From: Verrucomicrobiota bacterium
GTDB lineage: Bacteria > Chlamydiota > Chlamydiia > Chlamydiales > JAEYWL01
Length of the DNA: 62,758 nucleotides
Direction of reading: 5' to 3'
Assembly: GCA_023428915.1 (NCBI GenBank)
Contig: JAEYWL010000058.1
Span: 1-62,758 of the forward strand
Shown here piece after piece: positions 9,914 to 19,291 of this stretch (position 1 is the stretch's first letter; each line of letters starts with the position of its first letter). A model generated the notes under the pieces. The model searched no databases and had not been told where the DNA came from. It worked only from the letters and a program-made list of their open reading frames with translations. Made by a program: the position numbers and the translations under genes.

Positions 9914-11329
9914 ATGAATTTAACAAAAGTATTGTGTTATGGCAACGAAAAAGCCGACCAGTATTTATTGCGTATGTATAATCAGTCAAAAGGCATTACC
10001 GAATCTTTTTGCGCAAAACCGGCATGTGCTGATGGCACAAAAGAAGGATTAGCAGCCAGAACAACCCGAGCTCTAAAGGGTATGGGCCTTGAACTAGCCT
10101 GCCGTGCAGAACGGGCCGCAGCATTTGCAATCCTAAGCATTTCTATCCTGCCGCAATTGTTTTTTTTGCCGATTGTTTTTGCAGCTTCAGCCGTCCATTC
10201 AATCAAAGGCAATTTCGCCTCGCGCTTTGCACAGGCTTATTTTGCCCTAATTTATAAAGAATTGTGTATTCTTGGCGAGCTGCTGCCTTCCATGGCTGCA
10301 CCGGCTTTTAAGCCCACGTTTATTCCCGCTAATGCCTTTAGCTTAATGAAAATGGTAACCCCGCTAGAGCAGTACCAAATCGCAACCTCTCTTGCTTGGA
10401 GAAGCTCCTATGCCCGTTACAAGCAAGCAAAACTTATGCAAAGCAACCTTGGAGTGCCTCAAGATTCATATAAAGCACGAGAAATATTTAAAGAGTTAGC
10501 TAGTAAAGGAGACGCAAAAGCCCACTATCGGCTTGGTAAGAATTATAAATATTCCGATATATTTCCGCAAAACCTTGAAAAAGCCTTTAAGCATTTAAAG
10601 ATTGCTTCAGATAAAGGATTGGGCAAAGCTTCAAGGATGTTAGCAGCAGACTTTAAATATCAAGTCTTTAAACCCTCCGGCGGCAATAGCTCGCAAACGC
10701 TGTATGAAAAGGGGGCTGAGCAAGGGGATAGATATGCACAATATGAACTCGCCCTTACTCTTGCAAAAGATAGCAATAAAGGAAAAGCCAATAAAGGGAT
10801 AAGACAGCTAGAGGAAATTACCACCTGGCATACTCAAGAAGCTGTTTATGCTGCTATCAGCTTAGCTTCGCTCTATCGTTCCGGGACAGTATGGATTGAT
10901 CCAACTGCACCTGCCTCAGAAGCCAAAGCACTATATTGGGCTAAGAAACTTTTAAATGAAGACCTATTTCTGAATAAACGTACCAATGAGGATGATCGTC
11001 AAAAAATAAATGGTTCTATCGCTATTGCTGCTATCTATGAGAAAAAATTAGAAAAAATAAAAATTGATTCAAAGGCTTATGAGGCGCAATGGCCGCAAAT
11101 GATCGAAGATCTTAAAAAAGCTGATTCTTACGGCGGGGCCTGCTATTTCTTAGGCTGCATTTATTATGAAGGGATCTTAGTTAAAGCAGACGTCAAAGAA
11201 GCTGAACGCTATCTTGTCAAGGCCCTTGCAGACCCTTATCATAGAAAATATATAGAGGCCCGCGAGCTTTTAGCTAAAATTAGACATCCTATTGCCGCTA
11301 AAGTGCCATTACTAAATAGATTTATATAA
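9914..11329 (+). CDS. Sel1-like repeat (SLR/TPR-type) protein, paralog 1 of 3, with a conserved N-terminal module and a hydrophobic segment
   Basis: 471 aa. N-terminus MNLTK...EKADQYLLRMYNQSK, hydrophobic AAAFAILSISILPQLFFLPIVFAASAV. SLR-like motifs GDAKAHYRLGKNY, KAFKHLKIASDKGLGKA, GAEQGDRYAQYELA, CYFLGCIYYEGILVKADVKEAERYL. Confidence 0.75.
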   Translation: MNLTKVLCYGNEKADQYLLRMYNQSKGITESFCAKPACADGTKEGLAARTTRALKGMGLELACRAERAAAFAILSISILPQLFFLPIVFAASAVHSIKGNFASRFAQAYFALIYKELCILGELLPSMAAPAFKPTFIPANAFSLMKMVTPLEQYQIATSLAWRSSYARYKQAKLMQSNLGVPQDSYKAREIFKELASKGDAKAHYRLGKNYKYSDIFPQNLEKAFKHLKIASDKGLGKASRMLAADFKYQVFKPSGGNSSQTLYEKGAEQGDRYAQYELALTLAKDSNKGKANKGIRQLEEITTWHTQEAVYAAISLASLYRSGTVWIDPTAPASEAKALYWAKKLLNEDLFLNKRTNEDDRQKINGSIAIAAIYEKKLEKIKIDSKAYEAQWPQMIEDLKKADSYGGACYFLGCIYYEGILVKADVKEAERYLVKALADPYHRKYIEARELLAKIRHPIAAKVPLLNRFI

Positions 11330-11348
11330 TAAAAATTTTGGGGAAAAG

Positions 11349-12779
11349 ATGATGAATTTAACAAAGACCTTGCAATACTGCAGCGAAAAAGCTGATCAGT
11401 ATTTGCTGCGCATGTACAACCAATCAAAAGACATTACCGGCGCTTTTTGCGCCAAAGCCCCAGCAGCTGATGGCGCCAAAGAAGGATTAGCGGCCAGGGC
11501 AACTAGAGCCGTAAAAGGTGTTGGCTTGGAAGTTGCCTGCCGTGCTGAAAGGGCTGCGGCATTCGTACTGCTATCTGTTGCCGTGCTGCCGCAGCTGTTC
11601 TTTTTGCCGATCGCATTTGCAGCTTCTGCCGGGAGCTTAATTAAAGGCAATTTTGTGTCGCGGTTTGCTTTAACCTATTTAACTTTGGTCCATAAAGAGC
11701 TCTGCATTTTGGGCGAGTTATTGCCTTCAATGGTTTCACCGGCCTTTAGACCAGCTTTTATTCCAGCGAATGCTCTCGCCATAGCAAAAAAGGTAAAGCC
11801 AGCGGAACGGTATAAGATTTTCTCCTCTATTGCTTGGAGAAGCAGCCAAGCTTTCTATAAGCAGGCAAAATTACTGCAAAGCGGGCTTGCAGGAGTCCCT
11901 AAGGATACTTATAAAGCCGAAGAGATGTTCGGAAAGTTAGCCAGCCAAGGGAATGCCAAAGCACATTACCGCCTAGGAATGAGCTACCAAACTGATGGGG
12001 TTTTTGCCAAAGATCTGAGAAAAGCTTTTGCACATCTTAAAATTGCTTCTGAAAAAGGACTCGGTAAAGCTTCGAACGAAATGGCTAAAGCATTTCAAAA
12101 AGGCGTCTTTAAAAGCACTGATGAAAATGACAAATATACCTGGTATAAAAAAGGGGCTGAGCAAGGAAATCTCTATTGCCAATACTCGCATGCTTTTTTT
12201 CAAGTTTTAAACCCTGACAGGGAGAAGGCCAGCCAAGGACTGATGCAGCTCGAAAAAATGACCTCTGTAGATACTGTGGAGGCTGTTTTTGCAGCTGATA
12301 GTTTGTTTGAGTTCTATTTTGGAGAGAAAGGTCCTTGCATGGTTATCAACCCTGCCGATGCATTCTATGAAGCTAAAGCTCTTCATTGGGCAAAAAAGCT
12401 CTTAAATGAAGAGTTAGCGCTGAATGAGAAAGCAAAAAAGGCCATTTCTCAAAAACGTACAGGGGCTGTCGCTTTGGCTAAAATCTATGAAAAACGATTT
12501 GTTAAAACAAAAGCAGATCCCAAAGTCTACGCTGCAGAATGGCCGCAAATGATTGAAGAGCTTAAAGCGGTAGCTAACGACAGCTACCGAGCTTGCCTGC
12601 TTTTAGGCCGCATTTATTATGAGGGAATTTTAGTAAAAGCTGATGTCAAATTAGCTGAAGAATACCTGAAAAAAATTTCTGACGATTTCCCACGTGCTAA
12701 AGAAGCCAAAGAGCTGCTAAATAGAATTCAGCATCCTATAGGAACAAGGATCCCTCTTTTAAGCAGACGGTATAGCTAA
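11349..12779 (+). CDS. Sel1-like repeat protein, paralog 2 of 3
   Basis: 476 aa. By alignment with its paralogs the start is probably the second ATG at 11352 (MNLTK). Same architecture as paralog 1, and the 5' ~280 nt are close to 90% identical by eye to paralog 3. Confidence 0.75.
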   Translation: MMNLTKTLQYCSEKADQYLLRMYNQSKDITGAFCAKAPAADGAKEGLAARATRAVKGVGLEVACRAERAAAFVLLSVAVLPQLFFLPIAFAASAGSLIKGNFVSRFALTYLTLVHKELCILGELLPSMVSPAFRPAFIPANALAIAKKVKPAERYKIFSSIAWRSSQAFYKQAKLLQSGLAGVPKDTYKAEEMFGKLASQGNAKAHYRLGMSYQTDGVFAKDLRKAFAHLKIASEKGLGKASNEMAKAFQKGVFKSTDENDKYTWYKKGAEQGNLYCQYSHAFFQVLNPDREKASQGLMQLEKMTSVDTVEAVFAADSLFEFYFGEKGPCMVINPADAFYEAKALHWAKKLLNEELALNEKAKKAISQKRTGAVALAKIYEKRFVKTKADPKVYAAEWPQMIEELKAVANDSYRACLLLGRIYYEGILVKADVKLAEEYLKKISDDFPRAKEAKELLNRIQHPIGTRIPLLSRRYS

Positions 12780-12840
12780 TAACAGAAAATCAGCATCATC
12801 CGTGGTATTTAAATAGTACCATGGATAATTTGGAGTCAAA

Positions 12841-14274
12841 ATGAATTTAACAAAACTGCTTCATACCGGCAGCGAAAAAGCCGACCAGTATTTGCTGCGC
12901 ATGTACAACCAATCAAAAGACATTACTGGCGCTTTTTGCGCCAAAGCCCCGGCAGCTGACGGCGCCAAAGAAGGATTAGCGGCCAGGGCTGCAAGAGCTG
13001 TAAAAGGCGTTGGATTGGAAGTTGCCTGCCGCGCTGAAAGGGCCGCCGTATTCGTACTGCTATCTGTTGCCGTGCTGCCGCAGCTGCTTTTTTTGCCGAT
13101 CGCATTTGCAGCCTCAGCCAGCCGCCTGATAAGGAGTAGTTTTATTTCCCATTGTGCTTTAGCTTACTTCAGCTTAGTGCATAAAGAGCTCTGCATTCTT
13201 GGTGAATTGCTTCCAGCCATGTTAACACCTACTTTTAAACCGACTTTTATCTCAACAAATGCCTTTAATTTAGCTAAGAAAGTCAATTGTGAAGAGCAAT
13301 ATCAAATTTACTCTTCCATTGCATGGAGAAGCTCCTACGCATCCTATAAACAGGCAAAGCTTTTGCAAATCGGATTTGGCGTACCTGAAGATAAATACAA
13401 AGCAAAAGAAATATTTAAAAAATTAGCTTCTCAGGGCATAGCTAAAGCGCATTATCGTTTAGGGATGATTTATCAATACGATGGCGTCTTTAAGCAAAAC
13501 CCTGAAAAATCTTACGACCACCTAAAGGCTGCTTCCGACCTGCATTTGGCAAAAGCAACGCGAAAACTTGCCGAGTATTTTGCAAAAAAATATTTTCCCG
13601 TTTCCGGCGATCACAAGGCTGATAATTTTTATCAAAAAGCTGCCGAACAGGGCGATCACTATTCACAGTATAAACTAGCAGCTGCCAAGGCAATTGATCA
13701 CGATAAAAAAACGTCTTTGCAAGGTATCAAGCAGCTGGAAGCAATGCTTGATTGGGATTCAGAGATAGCTCTTGATGCAGCGGATAAATTAATCGGTTTG
13801 TATACTAGCAATACCTGCGCGTTAGTTGCAGATGGCAGCAAAGCAGAACTTGAAAACAAGGCTGTTGAATTAGCCAGAAAACTGCTGCAAAAAAGATTTT
13901 CAATCGCAAAACCGCGCTTTTTAAATCATTTCATACAAAATGGCGCCAAGCACTTGGTCGATATTTATGAAAAGCGTCTAGACTTACTGAAAAAAGATCC
14001 TGCTGCGCATAAGCAAGAATGGCCGCAAATGATAACGGATCTTAAAGAGGCTGCAGTCATAACGAATCACGCCTCATATCTATTGGGCCGCATTTATGCT
14101 GAAGGGATTATGGTGGAAAAAGACCCTAAACAGGCAGCTGAGCACTTTAAAATAGCAGCTCGTGCTGACGGGCTGTCGTATAACAACCCTAGAGGGTTTG
14201 CGGCTTACCAGTTGCTGAAAGAAATTGAACATCCGATTGCGAATAAAATACCGCTGGTCAGTCGGTTTATTTAA
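12841..14274 (+). CDS. Sel1-like repeat protein, paralog 3 of 3
   Basis: 477 aa, same N-terminal module. Conserved internal EWPQMI motif and C-terminal tail HPIANKIPLVSRFI (compare HPIAAKVPLLNRFI and HPIGTRIPLLSRRYS in the other two). Confidence 0.75.
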   Translation: MNLTKLLHTGSEKADQYLLRMYNQSKDITGAFCAKAPAADGAKEGLAARAARAVKGVGLEVACRAERAAVFVLLSVAVLPQLLFLPIAFAASASRLIRSSFISHCALAYFSLVHKELCILGELLPAMLTPTFKPTFISTNAFNLAKKVNCEEQYQIYSSIAWRSSYASYKQAKLLQIGFGVPEDKYKAKEIFKKLASQGIAKAHYRLGMIYQYDGVFKQNPEKSYDHLKAASDLHLAKATRKLAEYFAKKYFPVSGDHKADNFYQKAAEQGDHYSQYKLAAAKAIDHDKKTSLQGIKQLEAMLDWDSEIALDAADKLIGLYTSNTCALVADGSKAELENKAVELARKLLQKRFSIAKPRFLNHFIQNGAKHLVDIYEKRLDLLKKDPAAHKQEWPQMITDLKEAAVITNHASYLLGRIYAEGIMVEKDPKQAAEHFKIAARADGLSYNNPRGFAAYQLLKEIEHPIANKIPLVSRFI

Positions 14275-14312
14275 TCAATTAAAGAAGCTTATGTGCATTT
14301 CAAGCCTGTCGC

Positions 14313-15314
14313 CTAATTGTCTTCAGGCTTTGCACGTAATCTCCCTGGCTCCCAGGGGGCGCCCCAGTCGGATTTTTTGGCGGCTTTGTATAAGGAGCCT
14401 TGCTTTTTAGATATGGTTTCTTTAAGGATTTGCCCTTGCTGGCATAATGTCAGGGTGAGATGTCCTGAATGTTTCTCGGGGAAACGGACAATTCTGGCCT
14501 CAGGCAACTGTTCAGGGGTTTTGCCTGCTGCAATGTAAGAGAACTTTTCATCTTCATAGCCCAGCTCCCCCTGCTTGCTGCGCCGATGTTCGCTGCTGCG
14601 TTCCACCCGGGCATAAAAATGGCACCAGTCTCCTTGCGAGGCCATTGGGCAGGCTAAATGGTGCGGACAGGGGGCCAATAGCCTGGCCTGTTGCTGCAGC
14701 AGCCAATCGCGATAACGCACAATACCTCCAAAGCCTTGAGGCGTGCCCGGCTCGATAATAAGCAGTACTTGTGCTTTTTCCCAGGCATTAGCCACAATGT
14801 GCATGGCATCTTCCGGTTTTAGCTCATTAAGCACATAGGAAAGGATGACGAGGTCGAAAGAGTCTTCAATTTGGTAGCCGGTCAAATCGGCCTGTATCCA
14901 ATTTGCTTGAAATGGGGCCTGAGAGGTTAATTTTTTGCCTAAAGAGATAAGCTGGCTGTCCCGCTCCACTAAAGCGGCGCGCTGCATATCCGGTAAAAGC
15001 GCTGCAGCGGCATGGCTGGCTGTGCCTGGGCCCGCCCCAAGATCGAGTATGCTGGTTATGGTTTGACCGGGGATTTGTTTTAAAGTATGCTGCAGGGTTG
15101 ATGCGACAGCTTCAAACGTTGCAGGCAGGCGTACGGTCAGGTAAGCAAGCCGCTGCGCCTCGCTGCTTATGCCCTGGCGTCCAGCTAAAGGGTTTTTATA
15201 CATTGCAGTCAATTCTGCCGAAGCTGCTGCCAGCGACTTTAAAGAGCTTTGGTTGAGATGTTCCGCGATGCCTTCCTTTAAATAAGCCGGTAAACTCATG
15301 GATTGTAGCTCCAT
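14313..15314 (-). CDS. SAM-dependent methyltransferase, Rsm22-like family
   Basis: 333 aa. SAM motif ILDLGAGPGTAS and a Cys/His cluster APCPHHLACPM...WCHF typical of Rsm22-type proteins. An alternative start at 15299 (MSLPAY) would form an ATGA overlap with the upstream gene's stop. Confidence 0.65.
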   Translation of the reverse strand: MELQSMSLPAYLKEGIAEHLNQSSLKSLAAASAELTAMYKNPLAGRQGISSEAQRLAYLTVRLPATFEAVASTLQHTLKQIPGQTITSILDLGAGPGTASHAAAALLPDMQRAALVERDSQLISLGKKLTSQAPFQANWIQADLTGYQIEDSFDLVILSYVLNELKPEDAMHIVANAWEKAQVLLIIEPGTPQGFGGIVRYRDWLLQQQARLLAPCPHHLACPMASQGDWCHFYARVERSSEHRRSKQGELGYEDEKFSYIAAGKTPEQLPEARIVRFPEKHSGHLTLTLCQQGQILKETISKKQGSLYKAAKKSDWGAPWEPGRLRAKPEDN

Positions 15315-16177
15315 TTATTTTTAGGAGTTGATTTGGAAATTTCGTAATTAATCATATTTTCAAAACCTAACGGAGCTTTTGTTTCAAATTCATACTTAAA
15401 TTCATCTTGCAATTTACTGCTTAAATTATTGAACTCAGTTTTGTATTTGTTTTTAACTTGGTTAAAATAGGAATCCCGCTTTTTCATAATGTCTTTGACA
15501 ATATTTTCATCTTCATAAAGGGCCAGCAAAAGCTCCGGGGGGAGAAGCTGAAGCCTAAAAGGTTTTTTGGCCTTACTGCAGGAGATGAATTCACCTAAAG
15601 GAGGGTATTGATCAGCTTTAAGCTGTTTTTTTTCAGCAGGCATATTGCCCAAAAGCATTTTAGCCAAGACTTCTTGCAATTGTTCATCGCTTAGTTTTAA
15701 ATTTGCGAGCTGCTTTACATTTTGCAAATTTTTGGGCAAGTCTGCGCACTTATCTATTAATTCTGCTATAAGCTGTTCCATAAAATGGGGTCTCTTATGC
15801 AGCATTTCTTTGTAAAATTCTTGTTTGCCATAAAGGATTTCAACGAGCCTCAGGAATAGAATCTTTGCATTTTCCGCATCAGCCCCATGTTGTTCGCTTA
15901 GCTGCTTATTTAAAAATAGGGCGACATTAATTTTCGAAACAGCCTTTACCTGGGTTTTAGGTTCCTGCTCCTCTTCGTCAGGTTTATCGCTTTCGATTCC
16001 TGTGTAGTTTTGATAGAGCAAGTACTGCTGGTCAGCGACAAGGTTTTGCCGTTTTTGCTGCATGTGCTCCAGGTATTGTCCTTGCAGGCCTGTTCCCACC
16101 AGGAAGGTCTGCATTTTGGCATAGCTGGTCATCCCTAGGATCATCAGCAAGGCAAATACAAACAGCAGTACGTTCAT
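15296..16177 (-). CDS. Hypothetical membrane-anchored protein (N-terminal TM or signal-anchor)
   Basis: 293-aa ORF. N-terminus MNVLLFVFALLMILGMTSYA, then a charged, helical, Lys/Glu/Gln-rich sequence with no recognisable motif. Tightly coupled to the downstream methyltransferase. Confidence 0.55.
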   Translation of the reverse strand: MNVLLFVFALLMILGMTSYAKMQTFLVGTGLQGQYLEHMQQKRQNLVADQQYLLYQNYTGIESDKPDEEEQEPKTQVKAVSKINVALFLNKQLSEQHGADAENAKILFLRLVEILYGKQEFYKEMLHKRPHFMEQLIAELIDKCADLPKNLQNVKQLANLKLSDEQLQEVLAKMLLGNMPAEKKQLKADQYPPLGEFISCSKAKKPFRLQLLPPELLLALYEDENIVKDIMKKRDSYFNQVKNKYKTEFNNLSSKLQDEFKYEFETKAPLGFENMINYEISKSTPKNKWSYNP

Positions 16178-16186
16178 AAGATTGTT

Positions 16187-17467
16187 CTACATTAAACCCT
16201 TATGCTTGCGGTAAAAGTATACCGGTATTCCGCAAAGCGTAAACAAACTGGCAACTAGAATGGTTGCAAGCGAGGTTTCGTAAATCACCCAGGAGCAAAA
16301 TAAAAGAGCGGCTATGCCATAGGCCAAAGGCCAAAAACGGGCCATCTTTTTGCCTGGCAATAATTTTAAAAATGAGAGGCAGCAGCTTAAATATACAAAT
16401 AAAAAGGCCACGACTGAAAAATCAATAATGGTTGTCATCTGTTGCGCTAAATTTTTATCGGCTGTAAGCATTAACAGGGGAATAATTCCGGCGCAGCTGA
16501 TGAGCAAGCTCATATAGGGGGCTTCAAATTTATTTTTTTTGGAAAAAAAACGGGGCATCAGTCCATCTTCTGATAGGCCGAGCGCGATTTGTCCGCTGGC
16601 CAGCATCCAGGCATTCAAGGTGCCGATGCAAACGATAGAGGCAATTAACGAAATCATCAAGTGCCAATTGCCGCCAAAAATATATTGGGCAGCGGCAGAG
16701 TAGGGTGCGCTTGTGTTTGCCAGTTCAGCGCTGGGAATAACGCCTAAAATGCCTAAACTATTGAAGAAATATAAAATGGCAACAGAAATTGTGCCCAGGA
16801 TAATGGCTCGGGGAATAGTTTTTTCGGGGTTAACTACTGACTGTGCCGGTGTAGTGGCTGATTCCAAACCGACAAATCCCCATAATGTGAGCAATGTGAC
16901 TTGACTTAGTATATGGGGCGCCGGCAGGGATTCAATTGCCGGGGCTACTGCGATATTTTCCGCATTGAAATACATAAATGCGGCTAGCGGCATGAGCACC
17001 AAAGGAATAATTTTGAGTGCTGTCAGAATAAACTCAGCACTGCCGGCAGCTTTTATCCCTCTTAAGTTTAGCGCTGTAATCAAAAGCACAAGTAAAATTT
17101 CTAATAGAAGCGTCACTTCGGTTGAGTGCACGCCTATAATTGGGCCTAGATAACCGATACTGGTCACGATAACGGCGGTTGTACTTACCCAGGAGATGAC
17201 CCAATAAGTCCAGCCGACAAAAAAAGAGGCGGTTGAGCCAAAAGCTTCTTGCACATAAGCGTGCGGCCCGCCGGTTTTGGGAATCCAGTTGCAAAGTTGT
17301 GCAAATACAAGAGCTAAGGCAATGGCGCCTAAACCGGAAATGATCCAGCCAAGCAGGGAATACCCTCCATAGGGGGCGAGGCTGGCAGGCAGCATAAATA
17401 CGCCTGAGCCGATCTGACTGCCTGTAACTAAGGCAAATACAGGCCAAAAACCAATTTTACGAGACAT
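16187..17467 (-). CDS. APC-superfamily amino acid permease/antiporter
   Basis: 426 aa, about 12 hydrophobic segments. N-terminal signature FWPVFALVTGSQIGSGVFMLPASLAPYG is typical of APC/APA transporters. Confidence 0.8.
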   Translation of the reverse strand: MSRKIGFWPVFALVTGSQIGSGVFMLPASLAPYGGYSLLGWIISGLGAIALALVFAQLCNWIPKTGGPHAYVQEAFGSTASFFVGWTYWVISWVSTTAVIVTSIGYLGPIIGVHSTEVTLLLEILLVLLITALNLRGIKAAGSAEFILTALKIIPLVLMPLAAFMYFNAENIAVAPAIESLPAPHILSQVTLLTLWGFVGLESATTPAQSVVNPEKTIPRAIILGTISVAILYFFNSLGILGVIPSAELANTSAPYSAAAQYIFGGNWHLMISLIASIVCIGTLNAWMLASGQIALGLSEDGLMPRFFSKKNKFEAPYMSLLISCAGIIPLLMLTADKNLAQQMTTIIDFSVVAFLFVYLSCCLSFLKLLPGKKMARFWPLAYGIAALLFCSWVIYETSLATILVASLFTLCGIPVYFYRKHKGLM

Positions 17468-17795
17468 TAGAGCTATTTTCCTCTTTGATCAATTGACAAT
17501 ATTAATAAGTGTTTTTTTTAGATGGAGATGTTGACTAAAGCCTCGAAAGGCTTTTGATAGAGAAGAAAATAGGCGTGTTTAATAAAACCCATAATAAATC
17601 CAATGTTGTTCAAATGATTATAATAGAGGAATTTATTATTGGCTATTCAAAAATAGCTCCATTTTCGCGCCCGTGAGTATTTATGCAACAACGCCGGTCT
17701 AAAGTAAGGTCTGTGGGAGGGGGGGGACCCCAACTGATGTGTGAATTTGCTTTTCAAGGGGCAAGGGAAATAAACCTTGCGCCCTTTTTTTAATA

Positions 17796-19013
17796 TTAAG
17801 CAGGTACGGCTTTGCTGGCCTTACGCTCCTGGAATAAGATCACCAAAAATCCCATGGTACCTAAAGTCAAAGCCACCGGAATAACAGCTATGCCATAAAC
17901 AAAAGCACTGCTTTCTATTGTGCCTAAGCTGCTGATTACGCCGCCGATAATAGTATGAAAGGCATAACCGAAAATCATGATGATCATATTGGCTACAGCT
18001 GTCGTTAAACCGACGACGTTTTCATTTACATAGGTAGAGGCTTTAAAGATGGCGATAATTTGGTAAGCGCTGCATACGCCCACGGCTACAAACATAATCC
18101 CAATGGCTGCAACTGGAATTTGTCCTGTCAGTAATGCAAAGAAGCAGCCAGCCATTACAGCTCCTGATGCTGCGATTGTGGCGACTGCGTTGCCGCTTTT
18201 TTCGGCAATCAAACTAAGTACGGGCGCTCCAAAGCACATGCCTATGAAAATCAAAGAAGGCAGGCTGGCGGAAATCGTACTGTCCAAGCCATAAACCTGC
18301 TTTAAAAACTGCGTGCCCCAGACATCGGCAAATCCTTCCAGAGGGCCTACCATTAGACCGGCAAAAAAACAGAAGGCCAGCACTTTAAAATTTGAGAAGA
18401 CTTCGCGTAAATTCGAGATAACAGAACTGTCTGCATCTGGTTCAGCAGTTGTACGAGGCAGAATTAAGTATGTGACCAATGCCAGCACGACACCTAAAGC
18501 AGCAAATAATGCCAAGACCGTCTTGTAGCCTAATTCCTGGCACATGTAATTTACAGGCCCGCCTCCATAGATAGCCCCGATTAATCCGATGGTTACTGAA
18601 AAACTGAGCATTCTGGTGAATTTAGCTTCGCTAAAGGCAATCCTGACAGCTTTAAAAGTGCCCAAAATGGCAGCAGAGGAGCCTATGCCTATTAAAGCGC
18701 GTCCTAAAATGGGATAAAGCCAAAAGTTGGCAAATAGCAAGGGCATTAAACCGATAACTGTAAGCAAAATGCACACCGGCATAACCCGTTTGGCGCCAAA
18801 GCGGTCTAATAAAATGCCAATAGGCAGATGCATTAAGGAGTAGCCGATATAGTACACACCGGAAAATTGTCCAAAAGTAGCTGTATCGATGTGGAATTGA
18901 GTTAAGATATCGCCCATCATAATATTGGGCATAACCCGCAAAATATATTGATAAGCATAGAAAATAGAAGCAACTAGCCAGACCGACCAGGCCATTACAC
19001 GCGAGGTAGACAT
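17796..19013 (-). CDS. MFS transporter
   Basis: 405 aa, about 12 TM segments. MFS loop motif GILLDRFGAKRV lies between TM2 and TM3. Confidence 0.8.
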   Translation of the reverse strand: MSTSRVMAWSVWLVASIFYAYQYILRVMPNIMMGDILTQFHIDTATFGQFSGVYYIGYSLMHLPIGILLDRFGAKRVMPVCILLTVIGLMPLLFANFWLYPILGRALIGIGSSAAILGTFKAVRIAFSEAKFTRMLSFSVTIGLIGAIYGGGPVNYMCQELGYKTVLALFAALGVVLALVTYLILPRTTAEPDADSSVISNLREVFSNFKVLAFCFFAGLMVGPLEGFADVWGTQFLKQVYGLDSTISASLPSLIFIGMCFGAPVLSLIAEKSGNAVATIAASGAVMAGCFFALLTGQIPVAAIGIMFVAVGVCSAYQIIAIFKASTYVNENVVGLTTAVANMIIMIFGYAFHTIIGGVISSLGTIESSAFVYGIAVIPVALTLGTMGFLVILFQERKASKAVPA

Positions 19014-19291
19014 TGTTTCCTCATTCAGGTTAGGTAGTTAAGATTTTAGTTAGTAAAAATATTTAGGCAGGGGTGCATATCTCCGCGTTAGCGGAGGAGA
19101 AAAAATGAGGAGATGAATGTAACTAACTGATTACTAACCATAATAAAAACTAAAAGCTAGAAACATTATATCAGGAAACAACTATAAAGTCAAAAGTTCA
19201 TCAAGCAAAAATGTTATTTATCTCCTTGTCGCGCAAAATCGAAAACTGTAAAGTTTTTATTTTGACTCAAACGAAACAAGAAAGGAAGAGT

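Noticed and set aside
16533-16550. T8-GG-A8 homopolymer pair inside the APC permease CDS as a possible frameshift or pseudogene site
   Set aside because: The reading frame is intact through the tract (encodes RFFSKKNKF) and the full 426-aa transporter is preserved, so there is no evidence of disruption.
17750-17790. Hairpin plus T-run on the plus strand (ggggcaaggg...ccttgcgccc ttttttt) as the end of a possible plus-strand sRNA in the 17468-17795 gap
   Set aside because: Both flanking genes are on the minus strand and the stem also serves as the MFS gene terminator when read on the minus strand. No promoter or conserved RNA motif (SRP, 6S, tmRNA, RNase P) was recognisable upstream.
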